A stretch of 64,000 bases of DNA, taken from positions 320,001 to 384,000 of the forward strand of contig CAVVKJ010000005.1 of the NCBI GenBank assembly GCA_963748815.1. The letters are read 5' to 3'. Every line of letters begins with the position of its first letter. The first letter of the stretch is position 1. Below are positions 21,692 to 32,290 of the stretch, in pieces. The DNA comes from an uncultured Gemmatimonadales bacterium. GTDB lineage: Bacteria > Gemmatimonadota > Gemmatimonadetes > Gemmatimonadales > GWC2-71-9. The notes below the pieces were generated by a model, which was not told the DNA's origin, did not search any database, and worked only from the letters and a program-made list of their open reading frames with translations. The translations under genes and the position numbers were made by a program.

Positions 21692-22762
21692 TTTCAGCAG
21701 CACCAGGGCCGCGCCCAGGAACAGGACGTTGGGCGCCCACGCCGCCACCAGCGGGTCGATGATCCCGCCGTTGCCCACCGCCTTGGCGAGGTTGATGATC
21801 AGCAGGAACAGCACCGTCGTCGCCAGGCTGATGGCGATGCCGTAGGCCGCCCCGGCGCGCGGGGAGCTCAGGCTCAGCGGCGCGCCGAAGAGCGCGATGA
21901 TGAGGCAGGTCACCGGCACTGCGATCTTGAGCGCCCGCTCGACCCGCAGCTTGTTCACGTCGTTGCCGGAGCGCCGCAGCCCCTCGATGTACTCCCCGAG
22001 CTCCCGGTACCGCATCTCCGCCGGGGCCTTCGAGGCGGCCAGCAGCTGGCTCGGCGTCTGGGAGAGGGCGCGGAGCCGCATTTCCTGCGCGGTGAACATC
22101 GGCTGGCTCAGCCCGCCGTAGATGACCCGGCTCGAGGCGCCCCAGATGCGCCAGACGGAGGCGGTGCTGTCATACGTGGCGCTGTCCGCGCTGACCGAGA
22201 GGTACGGATAGCTCGTGCCGTTGCCCTGGCGGAGGAAGACGGGCTCCCGGAGCACCTGGTTGACCACGTCGAGGGTGCGGATGGTGTACACCCAGTTGGC
22301 GTCGGCGCCGTACACGAAGTTGTAGCGGTAGGCGGTCCGGGTGCGCGACGACCGGGACTTCTGGAGCTCCAGCGACTTGCTGGACGCCGCCACCGAGATC
22401 TCCCCCACCGCGAAGGCCAGCACGGCGGCCGCCGCCGCCGCCCCGAAGACGGGGCGGGCCAGCCGGTGAAAACTCATCCCCCCCGCCTGCGCCGCCACGA
22501 TCTCCGAGTTCCGGCTCATCGTCCCCAGCGTGAACACGGTCGCGAAAAAGACCGAGGCGGGCATCACCATTGCGATCTCTTCCGGCAGCACGTACACGTA
22601 GCTCTGCAGGATTTCCGTGACGGTCAACCCGTTGCTGAGCAGCCGCCGCATGTTGTCGGTGATCTTGATGAGCACCGACACCACCGGAAACCCGAAGGCG
22701 GTGAGCACGAAGATCCGGATCCAGGAGCGCAGGATGTACCGGTCGAGGAGGCCGATGCCCAT
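21677..22762 (-). CDS. lptG: LPS export ABC permease LptG
   Basis: LDRYILRSW, TLGTMSRNSEIVAAQAGGMS, PAEMRYREL, AAWAPNVLF; TGATG coupling to lptF. Confidence 0.88.
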   Translation of the reverse strand: MGIGLLDRYILRSWIRIFVLTAFGFPVVSVLIKITDNMRRLLSNGLTVTEILQSYVYVLPEEIAMVMPASVFFATVFTLGTMSRNSEIVAAQAGGMSFHRLARPVFGAAAAAAVLAFAVGEISVAASSKSLELQKSRSSRTRTAYRYNFVYGADANWVYTIRTLDVVNQVLREPVFLRQGNGTSYPYLSVSADSATYDSTASVWRIWGASSRVIYGGLSQPMFTAQEMRLRALSQTPSQLLAASKAPAEMRYRELGEYIEGLRRSGNDVNKLRVERALKIAVPVTCLIIALFGAPLSLSSPRAGAAYGIAISLATTVLFLLIINLAKAVGNGGIIDPLVAAWAPNVLFLGAALVLLKRVRT

Positions 22763-24396
22763 CACCGTCGCCTCCACCGCGCCACCCGGCGCCGCAGCAT
22801 GTCCGTCAGCTCCGCGAGGTCGCCGCCGCGGGTCGAGCCGAGCTCCCGGTTGACCCGGAGGAGCCCCACGACGCCGAGGAGGGTGAAGATCACGTTGGGG
22901 GCCCACATCACCACGGCGGGCGGGAGGATGCCCGCGTCGGCCAGCGGTTCCCCGGCGGTGAGGCTGATGTAATAGAGGGCGAAAATGCCGAGCCCCCCGC
23001 CGAGGACCAGCCCCATTCCGCCGCGAGGAAACCGGAGCGCCAGCGGGATGCCGACCAGGACGAAGACCATGCAGGCCACCGTGATCGCGTACTTCTTGTG
23101 GACCTCGACGAGGAAGCCGTCGGCGGTCCGCCGGGCGGACTTGATGCCCTCCACGGTGGTGGCCACGTCGATCCACGACGAGAGGGTCACCTCGCGGGGC
23201 TCCCCACCCGCCGGCTCGACGCCGGCGCTGGGACGCCCCGTGGCCTCCGCCGGCGCGGGGAGAGAGTCCATGCTTCCGGTCTCGAGCTTTCGCCTGAGCG
23301 CCTCCCGCTTCCAGAGCGGCACCTCCTGCTCCTGGAACCGGGGGTTCCTCGGCGGGGGCCGCTGCCCCGGCTTGGCGCCCCCCGGCCGCTGTGCGGGGTC
23401 CTGGGCCTCGGCCGTCACCGGAAGGAGCCGCCCGCCGAGGGACCTGAACCATCGGCACCACGGCGCACCCGCGGCCCGCCCGCTGTCCGGGGTCGCCTCC
23501 GGAGCGGGGGGCAGTCCGAGCAGCGCCCGCAGGTCCGTCTCCAGTCGCTCGGCGCGGGCCTCGGTGAAGGACCGCATGGCCGCGGCGGTGTCCCCCACGA
23601 TGTCGAGCATCTCGCAGGTCGTCATTTCCCGGTCGCTCTTCGGCACGTCCCCTTCGGTGCGCGTCAGGGTGTTGCCGACGCTCCGGACCCGCATGGTGTT
23701 GACGGTGAAGTAGGTGAGCTGCAGGAGCCCCGGTTCCGTCCCCTTGAACTGCATGATCGAGCCGTCGTACAGGGTCAGGTAGAGGTCGTTCTGGTTCGCC
23801 TCGAAGCCCATCCGGCCGCTGTCGGCGTAGATGACCTGGCGCCCCTGCGTCCCCGACATGTCGAAGATCGTCACGTCGCGGAGGCGCCCGTCGGCCGGCT
23901 CGATCCGGCCCGCCCGGAGGAAAAGCTCGGAGGGGGGGACCTCGTTCAGCGCCTGCTCCCGGAACTCGACCGTCGGTCGCTTGCGGCCAATGTCGAACAG
24001 CAGCGCCTTGAGCCGCAGGTTGGCCGCGGGGAGGCCCTGGTCGACGAAGACGAAGTCGGCGGCGGTCAGCAGCAGCGCCGCCAGGAACACCGGCCGCAGC
24101 AGCTGCCCGATGGAGATGCCGCTGGCCCGCATGGCGGTGATCTCGTTCCCCGAGGCCAGCGTGGTGAAGGCGTACAGCACGGCGAGGAGCACCGCCATCG
24201 GCAGCGTCATGGCCACGATGAAGGGGAGGCTGAGGAGGAAGACTTCGCCGATCAGGCTCCAGGGCAGCCCCTTGCCGACCAGCGCGCCGAACCGCTTGGC
24301 GATCTGATTCAGCAGCATGATGCTGGTCAGCGCCGCCACCGCAAACACGAACGGGGCCGCCAGCTGCCGGAGGACGTACCGGCTCAGCAGGCGCAC
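22762..24396 (-). CDS. lptF: LPS export ABC permease LptF with a long periplasmic insertion
   Basis: LLSRYVLRQ, LPMAVLLAVL, NEITAMRASGISI, VEVHKKYAI, MWAPNVI; ~544 aa. Confidence 0.88.
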   Translation of the reverse strand: MRLLSRYVLRQLAAPFVFAVAALTSIMLLNQIAKRFGALVGKGLPWSLIGEVFLLSLPFIVAMTLPMAVLLAVLYAFTTLASGNEITAMRASGISIGQLLRPVFLAALLLTAADFVFVDQGLPAANLRLKALLFDIGRKRPTVEFREQALNEVPPSELFLRAGRIEPADGRLRDVTIFDMSGTQGRQVIYADSGRMGFEANQNDLYLTLYDGSIMQFKGTEPGLLQLTYFTVNTMRVRSVGNTLTRTEGDVPKSDREMTTCEMLDIVGDTAAAMRSFTEARAERLETDLRALLGLPPAPEATPDSGRAAGAPWCRWFRSLGGRLLPVTAEAQDPAQRPGGAKPGQRPPPRNPRFQEQEVPLWKREALRRKLETGSMDSLPAPAEATGRPSAGVEPAGGEPREVTLSSWIDVATTVEGIKSARRTADGFLVEVHKKYAITVACMVFVLVGIPLALRFPRGGMGLVLGGGLGIFALYYISLTAGEPLADAGILPPAVVMWAPNVIFTLLGVVGLLRVNRELGSTRGGDLAELTDMLRRRVARWRRR

Positions 24397-24484
24397 GGGG
24401 GGCCCGGACGGTTGAACGACATTTTTTCGGGCGCTATATTGCCGAGGTTCCTCACCACTCTCGCCTCTCATCTCCCGGACACGC

Positions 24485-27400
24485 GTGGCCCGTCTTGCCG
24501 TTGCTCTCGGGTGCCTGCTGTTGCTGCTGCCCGCCGTCGCGTCCGCCCAGGACGAGCCGGGGGCCATCGGCGTCGGCGCGACCTTCAATCTACCGCTCCC
24601 GGCGCTCCGGCAACCGCCCCAGGCGCGGGCGGCCTGGCTGGGGGCGCCCAGCGTCACGCCGGCCCAGGCGGGGGCACGGTGGCAGGCGCAGCTGGATCAT
24701 CGGCTCGACCGCGAGCGGGCGGCGTCGAGCTCCGCCACGCTCATGGCCGCGCTCTACGGGACCAACAACCTGCAGGTCCAGTACATCGACGCTTCGCTGG
24801 AGGAGCGCAAGAGCATCCTCGGGATCCCGTCAAAATACGCCGATTTGCGCATCGACGGCTCGGTCTTCCTGGAGGTGCGCACCGACCGTCTCCGGAACCT
24901 GACCTGTACCCCGGCGCAGTTGCTGGACCAGAACTCCGGCTGCCGGGGCGGGTTCAAGGCCCCCCGGCTCGACAACGAGTTCAACGCCAAGGTCGGCGGC
25001 CTGATCGGCAGCCGGCTCCACCTGAACGTCGACTACGACTCCCGCCGGGAGTTCAACGCGAACAACGACATCCAGGTCTACTACCAGGGGCTGCAGGACG
25101 AAATCCTGCAACGGGTCGAGGTCGGCACCGTGTCGTTCCGGACCCCGGCCTCCCGCTTCCTGACCGCCGCCATCCCCGCCAACAATTTCGGCCTCAACGC
25201 CACCTTCGAGTTCGGCGCCGTGACGCTGCAGGCCATGATGGCGACGCAGGAGGGCAGCGTCGTCGGCCAGCGCGTCTACACCGTCGGCTCCACCACCAGC
25301 GAGCCCCAGGATCGGCTGGTGCGCGACCTCGACTTCGAGACGGGGCGGTTCTTCTGGGCGGTCGACCCCGCGACGCTCCCGAACTACCCCTTCGTGGACA
25401 TCCTCAACCTCGACGCGGTGGCCATTCCCGCGGCGGTGCAGCCCGCGGACGCGCAGGTCCGCGTCTATCGCTACCGCACCGGCGCCGGGAGCGGGCTCAA
25501 CCCCAACCTGGGCGGCATCACCGCCATCGGGTTCCGGCCGGACGGCCCCGAGCGGGTCGAGGGCACCTGGCAACTGCTGCTCCAGGGAGAGGACTACTAC
25601 CTCGACCCCTCCGCCACCTGGTTTGCGCTGGCCACCAAGCTGGACCAGAACGACTATCTCGCCGTCAGCTACATCACCGTCACCGGCACCCAGGTCGGGA
25701 CCTTTCCGGCCGGCGAGAACCCGGCGGTCACCGACAGCGTCCTGCTCGTGTCCATCCCGTTGCAGGGACCCACGCAGCAGACCTTCCGGCACGAGATGCG
25801 CCAGGTCTACCGGGTCTCGGGCACCGACCTCGAGCGGCCCTCGCTCAAGGTCACCGTCACGCTGAACCAGTCCGAGCGTCCCTCGAACGACGAAGCGCAG
25901 ACGTACCTCGCCTTCTTCGGGCTGGCCATCCCGCCCGACCCGCACATCTTCGACGTCGACAACCGGGTCTTCCCCCGGGTCCGCGATCCGGGCGCGGATC
26001 TCGTCCTGCGCGAGTCGTACATCGCCTATCCCTCGCTCAAGCCGTTCATCGACCCGCGGCTGCAGCCGAACGAACGGGCCGATTCGGTCTACAACTCGCC
26101 GGTGTACCTGCTCCTGACGCCGCAGGGCCCGCCGTCGCGCTTCCAGATGCGGTTGGAATACAACGCCGCCGGCGGGACCGATCCCGGCAGCCTGAACCTC
26201 AACGCCCTGCAAATCCGCCGCGGCTCGGAGCAGTTGATCGCGGGCGGCCGGGTGCTCGAGCGCGGCGTGGACTACGAGATCAACTACGATCTTGGCCAGG
26301 TCACCTTCAACAGCCCCGCCACCCTCTTCCCCTCGGGCGTCGGCACCGTCACGGCGCGGTTCGAGGAGCGGGGCATCTTTGCCGTGGCGCCGACCTCGAT
26401 CCTCGGCGGGACGCTGAGCTACTCGCTGGGCGACGTGGGGTCGGTCAACCTGATCGGGATGTACCAGAAGGAGCAGTCGGTGTTCACCCGGCCGACCCTC
26501 GGGTTCGAGCCGACCTCCAACCTGCTCACCGGCGTCACGACCGACCTTCGGTTCCAGGTGGACGGCGTCAGTCGGTTCTTCAACAAGCTCACGTCGCAAA
26601 GCGTGACCGCCCCCTCCGTCCTCGACATCCGGGCCGAATACGGCACCACCCATCCCGACCCGAACATCATCGGGCAGGCGTACCTCGAGGACTTCGAGGG
26701 GGAGTCGGCCATTCCGGTCTCGCTCCTCACCTCGCGCTGGGACTACGGCAGCGTGCCGCAGTCGTCCGCGGGGGTGGAGAGCCTCGGGTTTGCCACCGGC
26801 TTCGACTCGCTCTGGGCGGTCCAGCTCTCCTGGCAGAACCTGATCCCGGCCTGCTCCGGCTGCCCCCCGGTCGAGCTCTACCCGCAGGACATCGACCCGA
26901 CCATCCGGACCAACGGCCAGGGGAGCCTCAACGAGACGGTCTTGTACATGACCTTCCACGCCGACACCGCCGGCGGGATGGTGCAGCAGAACAACCGTTC
27001 GCTGTGGACCCAGCCGGACCGGCCGTTCACGCCCCGCTGGCGCTCGATGGTGACGCCGCTCTCCCAGACCGGCATCGACCTCTCCCGGGCGGAATACCTC
27101 GAGTTCTGGGTCTTCCAGGGCGGGGAAAAGACGGTCGACTCGGCGGGGATGCAGCTGGTCGTGGACCTCGGCTCGGTCAGCGAGGACGCGCTTGCGGTGG
27201 CCCCGGACAGCCTGACGGTGGTGGGGTCGGACAGCCTCTACACCGGCCGGCACTACACCGGCGTCGGCCTCCTCAACACCGAGCGGCAGTCCACCGGCAT
27301 CTTCAACGCCTCCACCGACGACATCGGCATCCTGCTCGACCGGGTCGACTCCCTCTTCGTCAACGGCGCGGTGCAGTCCGAGGTCCAGACCTGCGCCCAG

Positions 27401-30400
27401 GTCCTCTCCGAGACGGTGTCGATCTACCCCTGGGGCGACCTGAGCAGCCGGTGCTCCAACGGCAACGGCTTTCTCGACACGGAGGACCTGAACGGCGACA
27501 ACCGCCTGAACGCGCAGGGCTCCAACGACAACGTGCTGCGATGGATCATCCAGCCCAACGATCTCTCCCAGTACTACGTGCGCACCGGCGCGACCTACAC
27601 CAACACGCAGGGGCAGACGTCGACCTGGACGCTCTACCGGATCCCGATGCGGATTCCCGACGCGACGATCGGCACGCCGAACCTGCGACTCGTCCAGAAC
27701 ATGCGGGTGACGCTCGTCGCCCCCGACACGCCGGAGCCGGACGTCGTCGCGCGCTTCGCGCTGGCGCGGATGCGCTTCACCGGCGCGCCCTGGGTGCGCC
27801 GGGCCGATACGCCGCTCATCGGCATCGGCGGGTCGGTGGCGAGCCCCACCGGGACGATGTTCGCCGCGGTCATCTCGACGGAGGACATCGCGCTCGGGTA
27901 TGACCTCCCCGCCCGGGCGTGGTGAACGAGCCGGCCCAGAACAACAACGGCCAGGCCGTGCAGGGGGTCCAGATCAACGAGAAGTCGCTCCGGGTCGTCG
28001 CCACGTCGCTCGACGTCGGCGAACGCGCCGAGGCGTACCAGCGCTTCCCCTCCGGCCCCCAGAACGTGCTCAAGTACCAGCAGGTGCAGGTCTGGTTCCG
28101 CGGCCGCGGCGCCGGGTGGGAGAGCGGGGACCTCAACGCCTACTTCAAGATCGGCAGCGACGACCAGAACTGGTACATGTTCATCCGGCCCGCCAGCAGC
28201 ACCGTCTGGGTGCCGGAGGCGGTGATCAGCATTCCCGTCTGGCGGCAGCTCCGCGCGCAAATCGAGCAGCGGTGGCTGCAGGGGCTGCCGCCCAGCGGGG
28301 CCGTCGAGTGCGGCATCGGCGATCCCGCGGCCTACGTCGCCTGCGACGGACCCTACGTGGTGCAGGTGGCCGATCCCGGCGTCAATCCGCCCAACCTCGC
28401 CGCCGCCCAGGAGATGGCCGCGGGCATCTACCGCGTCGCCGACACCGAGGTGCTGACCACGGTCGAGCTCTGGGTCGACGACATCCGGCTCGACGATCCG
28501 GTGACGGAGTCCGGTGCGTCCATGGCGTTCGACGCGCGGCTCGCGGCGGCGGATGTGGCGGACTTCTCGGTCAACTACGTGCGGCAGGACGGCCTCTTCC
28601 AGCAGATCGGGCGGGACCCGACCTACCGCACCACCGGCGCGCTCGTCCTCGGCACCAACCTCCGGGTGGACCGGTTCCTTCCGGCCTCCTTCGGGGTCGC
28701 CGTCCCGTTCTCGATCAGCCACACCTACACCTCCGCCGATCCGATCCTCATCGGCGGCACCGACATCCTCGCCGCCGACATCGAGAACCTGCGCCAGCCG
28801 TCCAGTGGACTGACGCAGGTCAACTTCGGCATCCGCCGGACCCGAAAGGGCACCAACGCTCTCCAGCGAGGGTTGGTCGACCCGCTGACCTTCACCGGCT
28901 CGTTCACCTCCGGGCAGAGCCAGACGGAGCTCTCCTCGGGGACGACCTCCGCCAGTCTCTTCAACCTCACCTACAACCTGTTCCTGCCCAGGACCGGACC
29001 GGCGGTTTCGCTGGGCGGGGCCGTGGACGCGCTGCCAGGCTGGGTGGGGAGGAGCGAGGGGCTGACGGCCGCCCGAACGACGCAGTTCGGGCTGGCGCCG
29101 ACCGGGATTCGACTAGGCAGCCAACTGGCGCGCACGGAGAGCGACTTCACCGGCTACCTCGTCCCGGTGCTCCGCCCCGGCGACGCCGCCCTGCAGCCGG
29201 CGGTGTCCCTCACCAACCTCTGGCGCAACAGCGCCGGTGTCACCTGGCAGCCAGTCGGGATGCTCACCTTCAGCGCCGACCTCGCGAGCACCCGGGATCT
29301 CCGGGATTACGACGACACCACCTCGATCGGCCGCCTTACCGATGCCTCCCGGAAGGAATTCCTCGGCATCGACGTGGGGGTGGAGCGCGACCGGACGCTG
29401 GGGACCGCCATCAACCTCAGCCCACGCCTGACCTCCTGGCTGCGGGGGCGATTCATCACGACGAGCAACTTCGTGCTTTCCCGGAGCCTGACCAGCCGGG
29501 CCCCGATCCAGGAATACGGCGACAGCGGGATCTACATCCTTCCCCAGACGCTGAACAACCTCCGGTCACGCGAATTCGGCTTCACGATCGACGCGCCCCG
29601 TGGCTTCAAGCAGCTGTTCAAGGACTCGAGCGCCGCCACCCGCGCCCTGCTCGGACTCCGGGTGCTGGACTTCGTCTACCGGACCTCGCGCGCCTCGACC
29701 TACGACCTCGCCACCTTCAATCCCGATCTCCGGTACATGCTCGCCCGCGGGAGCACCTCGGACTTCCTGACCCAGGACGGCGATTCGGCGCTTAACGTCG
29801 TCGAGACCACGACGATCACCGTTGGCGGCGGTGCCGATCTGCCGTACGGCATCACCGCCGGGCTGCAGTACTCCTCCTCGGAGATCGACCGGTACGCCCG
29901 CGCCAGCAACGGCTACCTCCTCTCCGAGATCACCCAGAAGGAATGGCCCATCTTCCAGGCGCGGTGGACCCAGACGGTCAAGCAGGGACTGCTCTCCGTG
30001 GTGAGCCTCTCCACCAACATCCGGAAGCGTTCCGGGCAGACGGTGCTCCCCTCCTCCACCGTCAGCGCCGTGTCCCTCAACGAGACCTCCACCTGGACCA
30101 ATGACCTCCAGCTCACCTTTCGCCAGGGCATCAGCCTCACCCTCGGCTATGGGGTCTCCAGCAACGAGCGCCAGAGCAACGGCACCACCACCCTCGGCGA
30201 CGGCACCGACATCACCGCCAACCTGATTTACCTCTTCCGGCTTCCCGGCAGCCTCAGCAGCGCACGCAAGCAGATGCGGGTCTCGATCAACGCGCTGTCC
30301 AGCAAGGCGGAGACCTGCCTGGAACTGCCAGGGAACCCGAACTGCACCGGGATTTCCGACATCCGCCGGAAGACGCTGCGCGCCGGCGTCGACACCGACA

Positions 30401-30531
30401 TCCTGAGCATCCTGACCGGCGGCTTCCAGGCGGCCTACGTCATCAACGACGTCCGCCAGCTCAACCGGAAAACCGAGCAGCTCACGCTCAGCCTGACCTT
30501 CCAGCTCTCCCTCTTTTCCGGAGATTATTGA
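24485..30531 (+). CDS. sprA: SprA/Sov-like T9SS outer-membrane translocon (~2,015 aa, frameshift ~27915)
   Basis: Signal ...AVASA-Q; SprA-like motifs LHLNVDYDSRREF, YYQGLQDEILQRVEVGTVSF, GSEQLIAGGRVLERGVDYEINYDLGQV, AYLEDFEG, DTEDLNGD, WTLYRIP; amphipathic beta-rich C-terminal third. Confidence 0.85.
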
Positions 30532-31433
30532 TGCAGTTCTCTCGCGGGCCGGCCCTCGCGGCCGTCCTGATGCTCGCCTGCGCCGGCCCGAAGCCCTCCC
30601 GTCCGTTCGACGGTGCGGCGGCGTTTCGCGCGGTGGAGGTGCAAGTGGGGTTCGGGCCCAGGATTCCCGGCGAGCCGGGGCATCGGGCCGAGGCGGCGTG
30701 GCTCGACAGCCTGCTGGCGGGGCTCGCCGATACCGTCATCGTGCAGCGCTGGACCCACCGGACCGCGCGCGGCGACTCGCTCCCCCTCGTCAATTTCGTC
30801 GCCCGCTTCAATCCGTCGGCGGGGGAACGGATCCTCTTCCTGGCCCACTGGGACACCCGGCCGATCGCCGACCAGGCCAAGGGTCCCGACAGCCTGCTCC
30901 CCGTGCCCGGGGCCAACGACGGCGCCTCCGGCACCGCCGTCCTCCTCGGCGTCGCGGCCGCGCTCCGCGCGGCGCCGCCGTCGGTCGGCGTGGACCTCCT
31001 CTTCGTCGATGGAGAGGACTACGGCGTCTTCGACGACAAGGTGGACGTGCTGCTTGGCTCCCGGTATTACGCGGCCAACCCCGCGCCCGGCTCGCCGCCG
31101 CTCTACGCCGTGCTCTTCGACATGGTCGGCGACCGAGACCTGCAGATCTACCAGGAGGGCAACTCGGTCACCGGCGCCCCCGAGGTGGTGGACCTGGTCT
31201 GGCAGGTGGCGCGGAAGGCAGGCCACGGCAATGTCTTCATCCCCTCCCTCCGGTACACCCTCACCGACGACCACCTGTCGCTGCAGGCCAAGGGGATCCG
31301 GGCCATCGATGTGGTGGACTTCGACTATCCGTACTGGCACACGCCGCAGGACACCCCGGACAAGGTGAGCGCGCAGAGCCTGCAGGCGGTCGGCGAAGTG
31401 GCGCTGGCCCTGGTGGCAAACTCCGAACGCTGA
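30531..31433 (+). CDS. M28-family zinc enzyme lipoprotein, probably glutaminyl-peptide cyclotransferase
   Basis: Lipobox MLA-C; FGPRIPG; AHWDTRP; GANDGASG; DGEDYG; DMVGD; DDH; YWHT..DT; ATG overlaps the sprA TGA. Confidence 0.8.
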   Translation: MQFSRGPALAAVLMLACAGPKPSRPFDGAAAFRAVEVQVGFGPRIPGEPGHRAEAAWLDSLLAGLADTVIVQRWTHRTARGDSLPLVNFVARFNPSAGERILFLAHWDTRPIADQAKGPDSLLPVPGANDGASGTAVLLGVAAALRAAPPSVGVDLLFVDGEDYGVFDDKVDVLLGSRYYAANPAPGSPPLYAVLFDMVGDRDLQIYQEGNSVTGAPEVVDLVWQVARKAGHGNVFIPSLRYTLTDDHLSLQAKGIRAIDVVDFDYPYWHTPQDTPDKVSAQSLQAVGEVALALVANSER

Positions 31434-31514
31434 GCGAGGGCCCGGCGGGAACAGGCGCCCGCCGGCGTTCGCAGGAGTTCGCCACCAGGCCCCGTCGCTG
31501 GCATCGTCCCGGGC

Positions 31515-32159
31515 ATGGAACCCACCGAGCGCCGGGCCATCCTGTTGCTGCTCCTGCTGGGGGTCGTCGGGCAGGGGGTCCGCTGGGTCGCGGGCCGGCC
31601 CGGGGAGCCGCCGGGGCAGGTGGCCCTCATGCCCGTGGAGCGGCGAGGAAATCCCGCCGCCCATCGGGATAGCGCGTTGGCCGTGGCTCGCCCCATGGCG
31701 CCGGGAGAGACCCTCGATCCCGACCGGGCCACGGTCGCCGAGCTGCTCCGACTTCCGAAGGTGGGCCCCGCGCTGGCCCGCGCCATCGTGGCCGACCGGG
31801 AGGCGAAAGGCCCGTTTCGGAATGCCCAGGGCCTCGACCGGGTCTCCGGCATCGGCCCCAGGCTGCTCGAGGCCGTCGGGCCCTTCCTGGCGTTCGCCGG
31901 GGGCGGTCCGGGCGGGGGTGGCGCGGGGTCGGACCCGCGGGCGTGCGAGGTGGAGCCCGTGGCCTGCCGGCTCAATCTCAACTCGGCGACCGCGGCGGAA
32001 CTCGAGGCGCTGCCCGGCATTGGCCCGGCGCTGGCCGGCCGGATCGTGTCATACCGCGATTCGCACGGTGCCTTTGCGGACATCGGGGGGCTGCGTGCGG
32101 TGGCGGGCATCGGCCCCGCGCTCCTGGGGCGTCTGACCCCCCTCCTGACAGTGCGGTAA
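31515..32159 (+). CDS. comEA: ComEA-family DNA-binding protein with two helix-hairpin-helix domains
   Basis: N-terminal TM; ATVAELLRLPKVGPALARAIV and LNLNSATAAELEALPGIGPALAGRIV. Confidence 0.85.
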   Translation: MEPTERRAILLLLLLGVVGQGVRWVAGRPGEPPGQVALMPVERRGNPAAHRDSALAVARPMAPGETLDPDRATVAELLRLPKVGPALARAIVADREAKGPFRNAQGLDRVSGIGPRLLEAVGPFLAFAGGGPGGGGAGSDPRACEVEPVACRLNLNSATAAELEALPGIGPALAGRIVSYRDSHGAFADIGGLRAVAGIGPALLGRLTPLLTVR

Positions 32160-32226
32160 GTCATTGTGTTTCAAGACGTTGAGCGTGCAGGTGAGGCGCG
32201 GATGCAATAGATGGCACGGGAATGGC
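32157..32226 (+). promoter_or_regulatory. IHF-like box and sigma54 promoter of pilBTC
   Basis: TAAGTCATTGTGTTTCAAGACGTTG (32157-32181); TGGCAC-GGGAA-TGGC (32212-32226), GG and GC correctly spaced. Confidence 0.6.
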
Positions 32227-32290
32227 AACTCGCGCCATCGGTTACTCCCGTCTATTTCATCGACCTCCGCCACCGAGGGGCAGCGCCAGC

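Noticed and set aside
23098..27903. 1601-aa ORF and other long overlapping or antisense ORFs
   Set aside because: Arg/Pro/Gly-rich shadow frames of high-GC genes with no motifs.
31499..31514. sigma54 promoter for comEA (TGGCAT...)
   Set aside because: The GC is one base off the required spacing and abuts the start codon.
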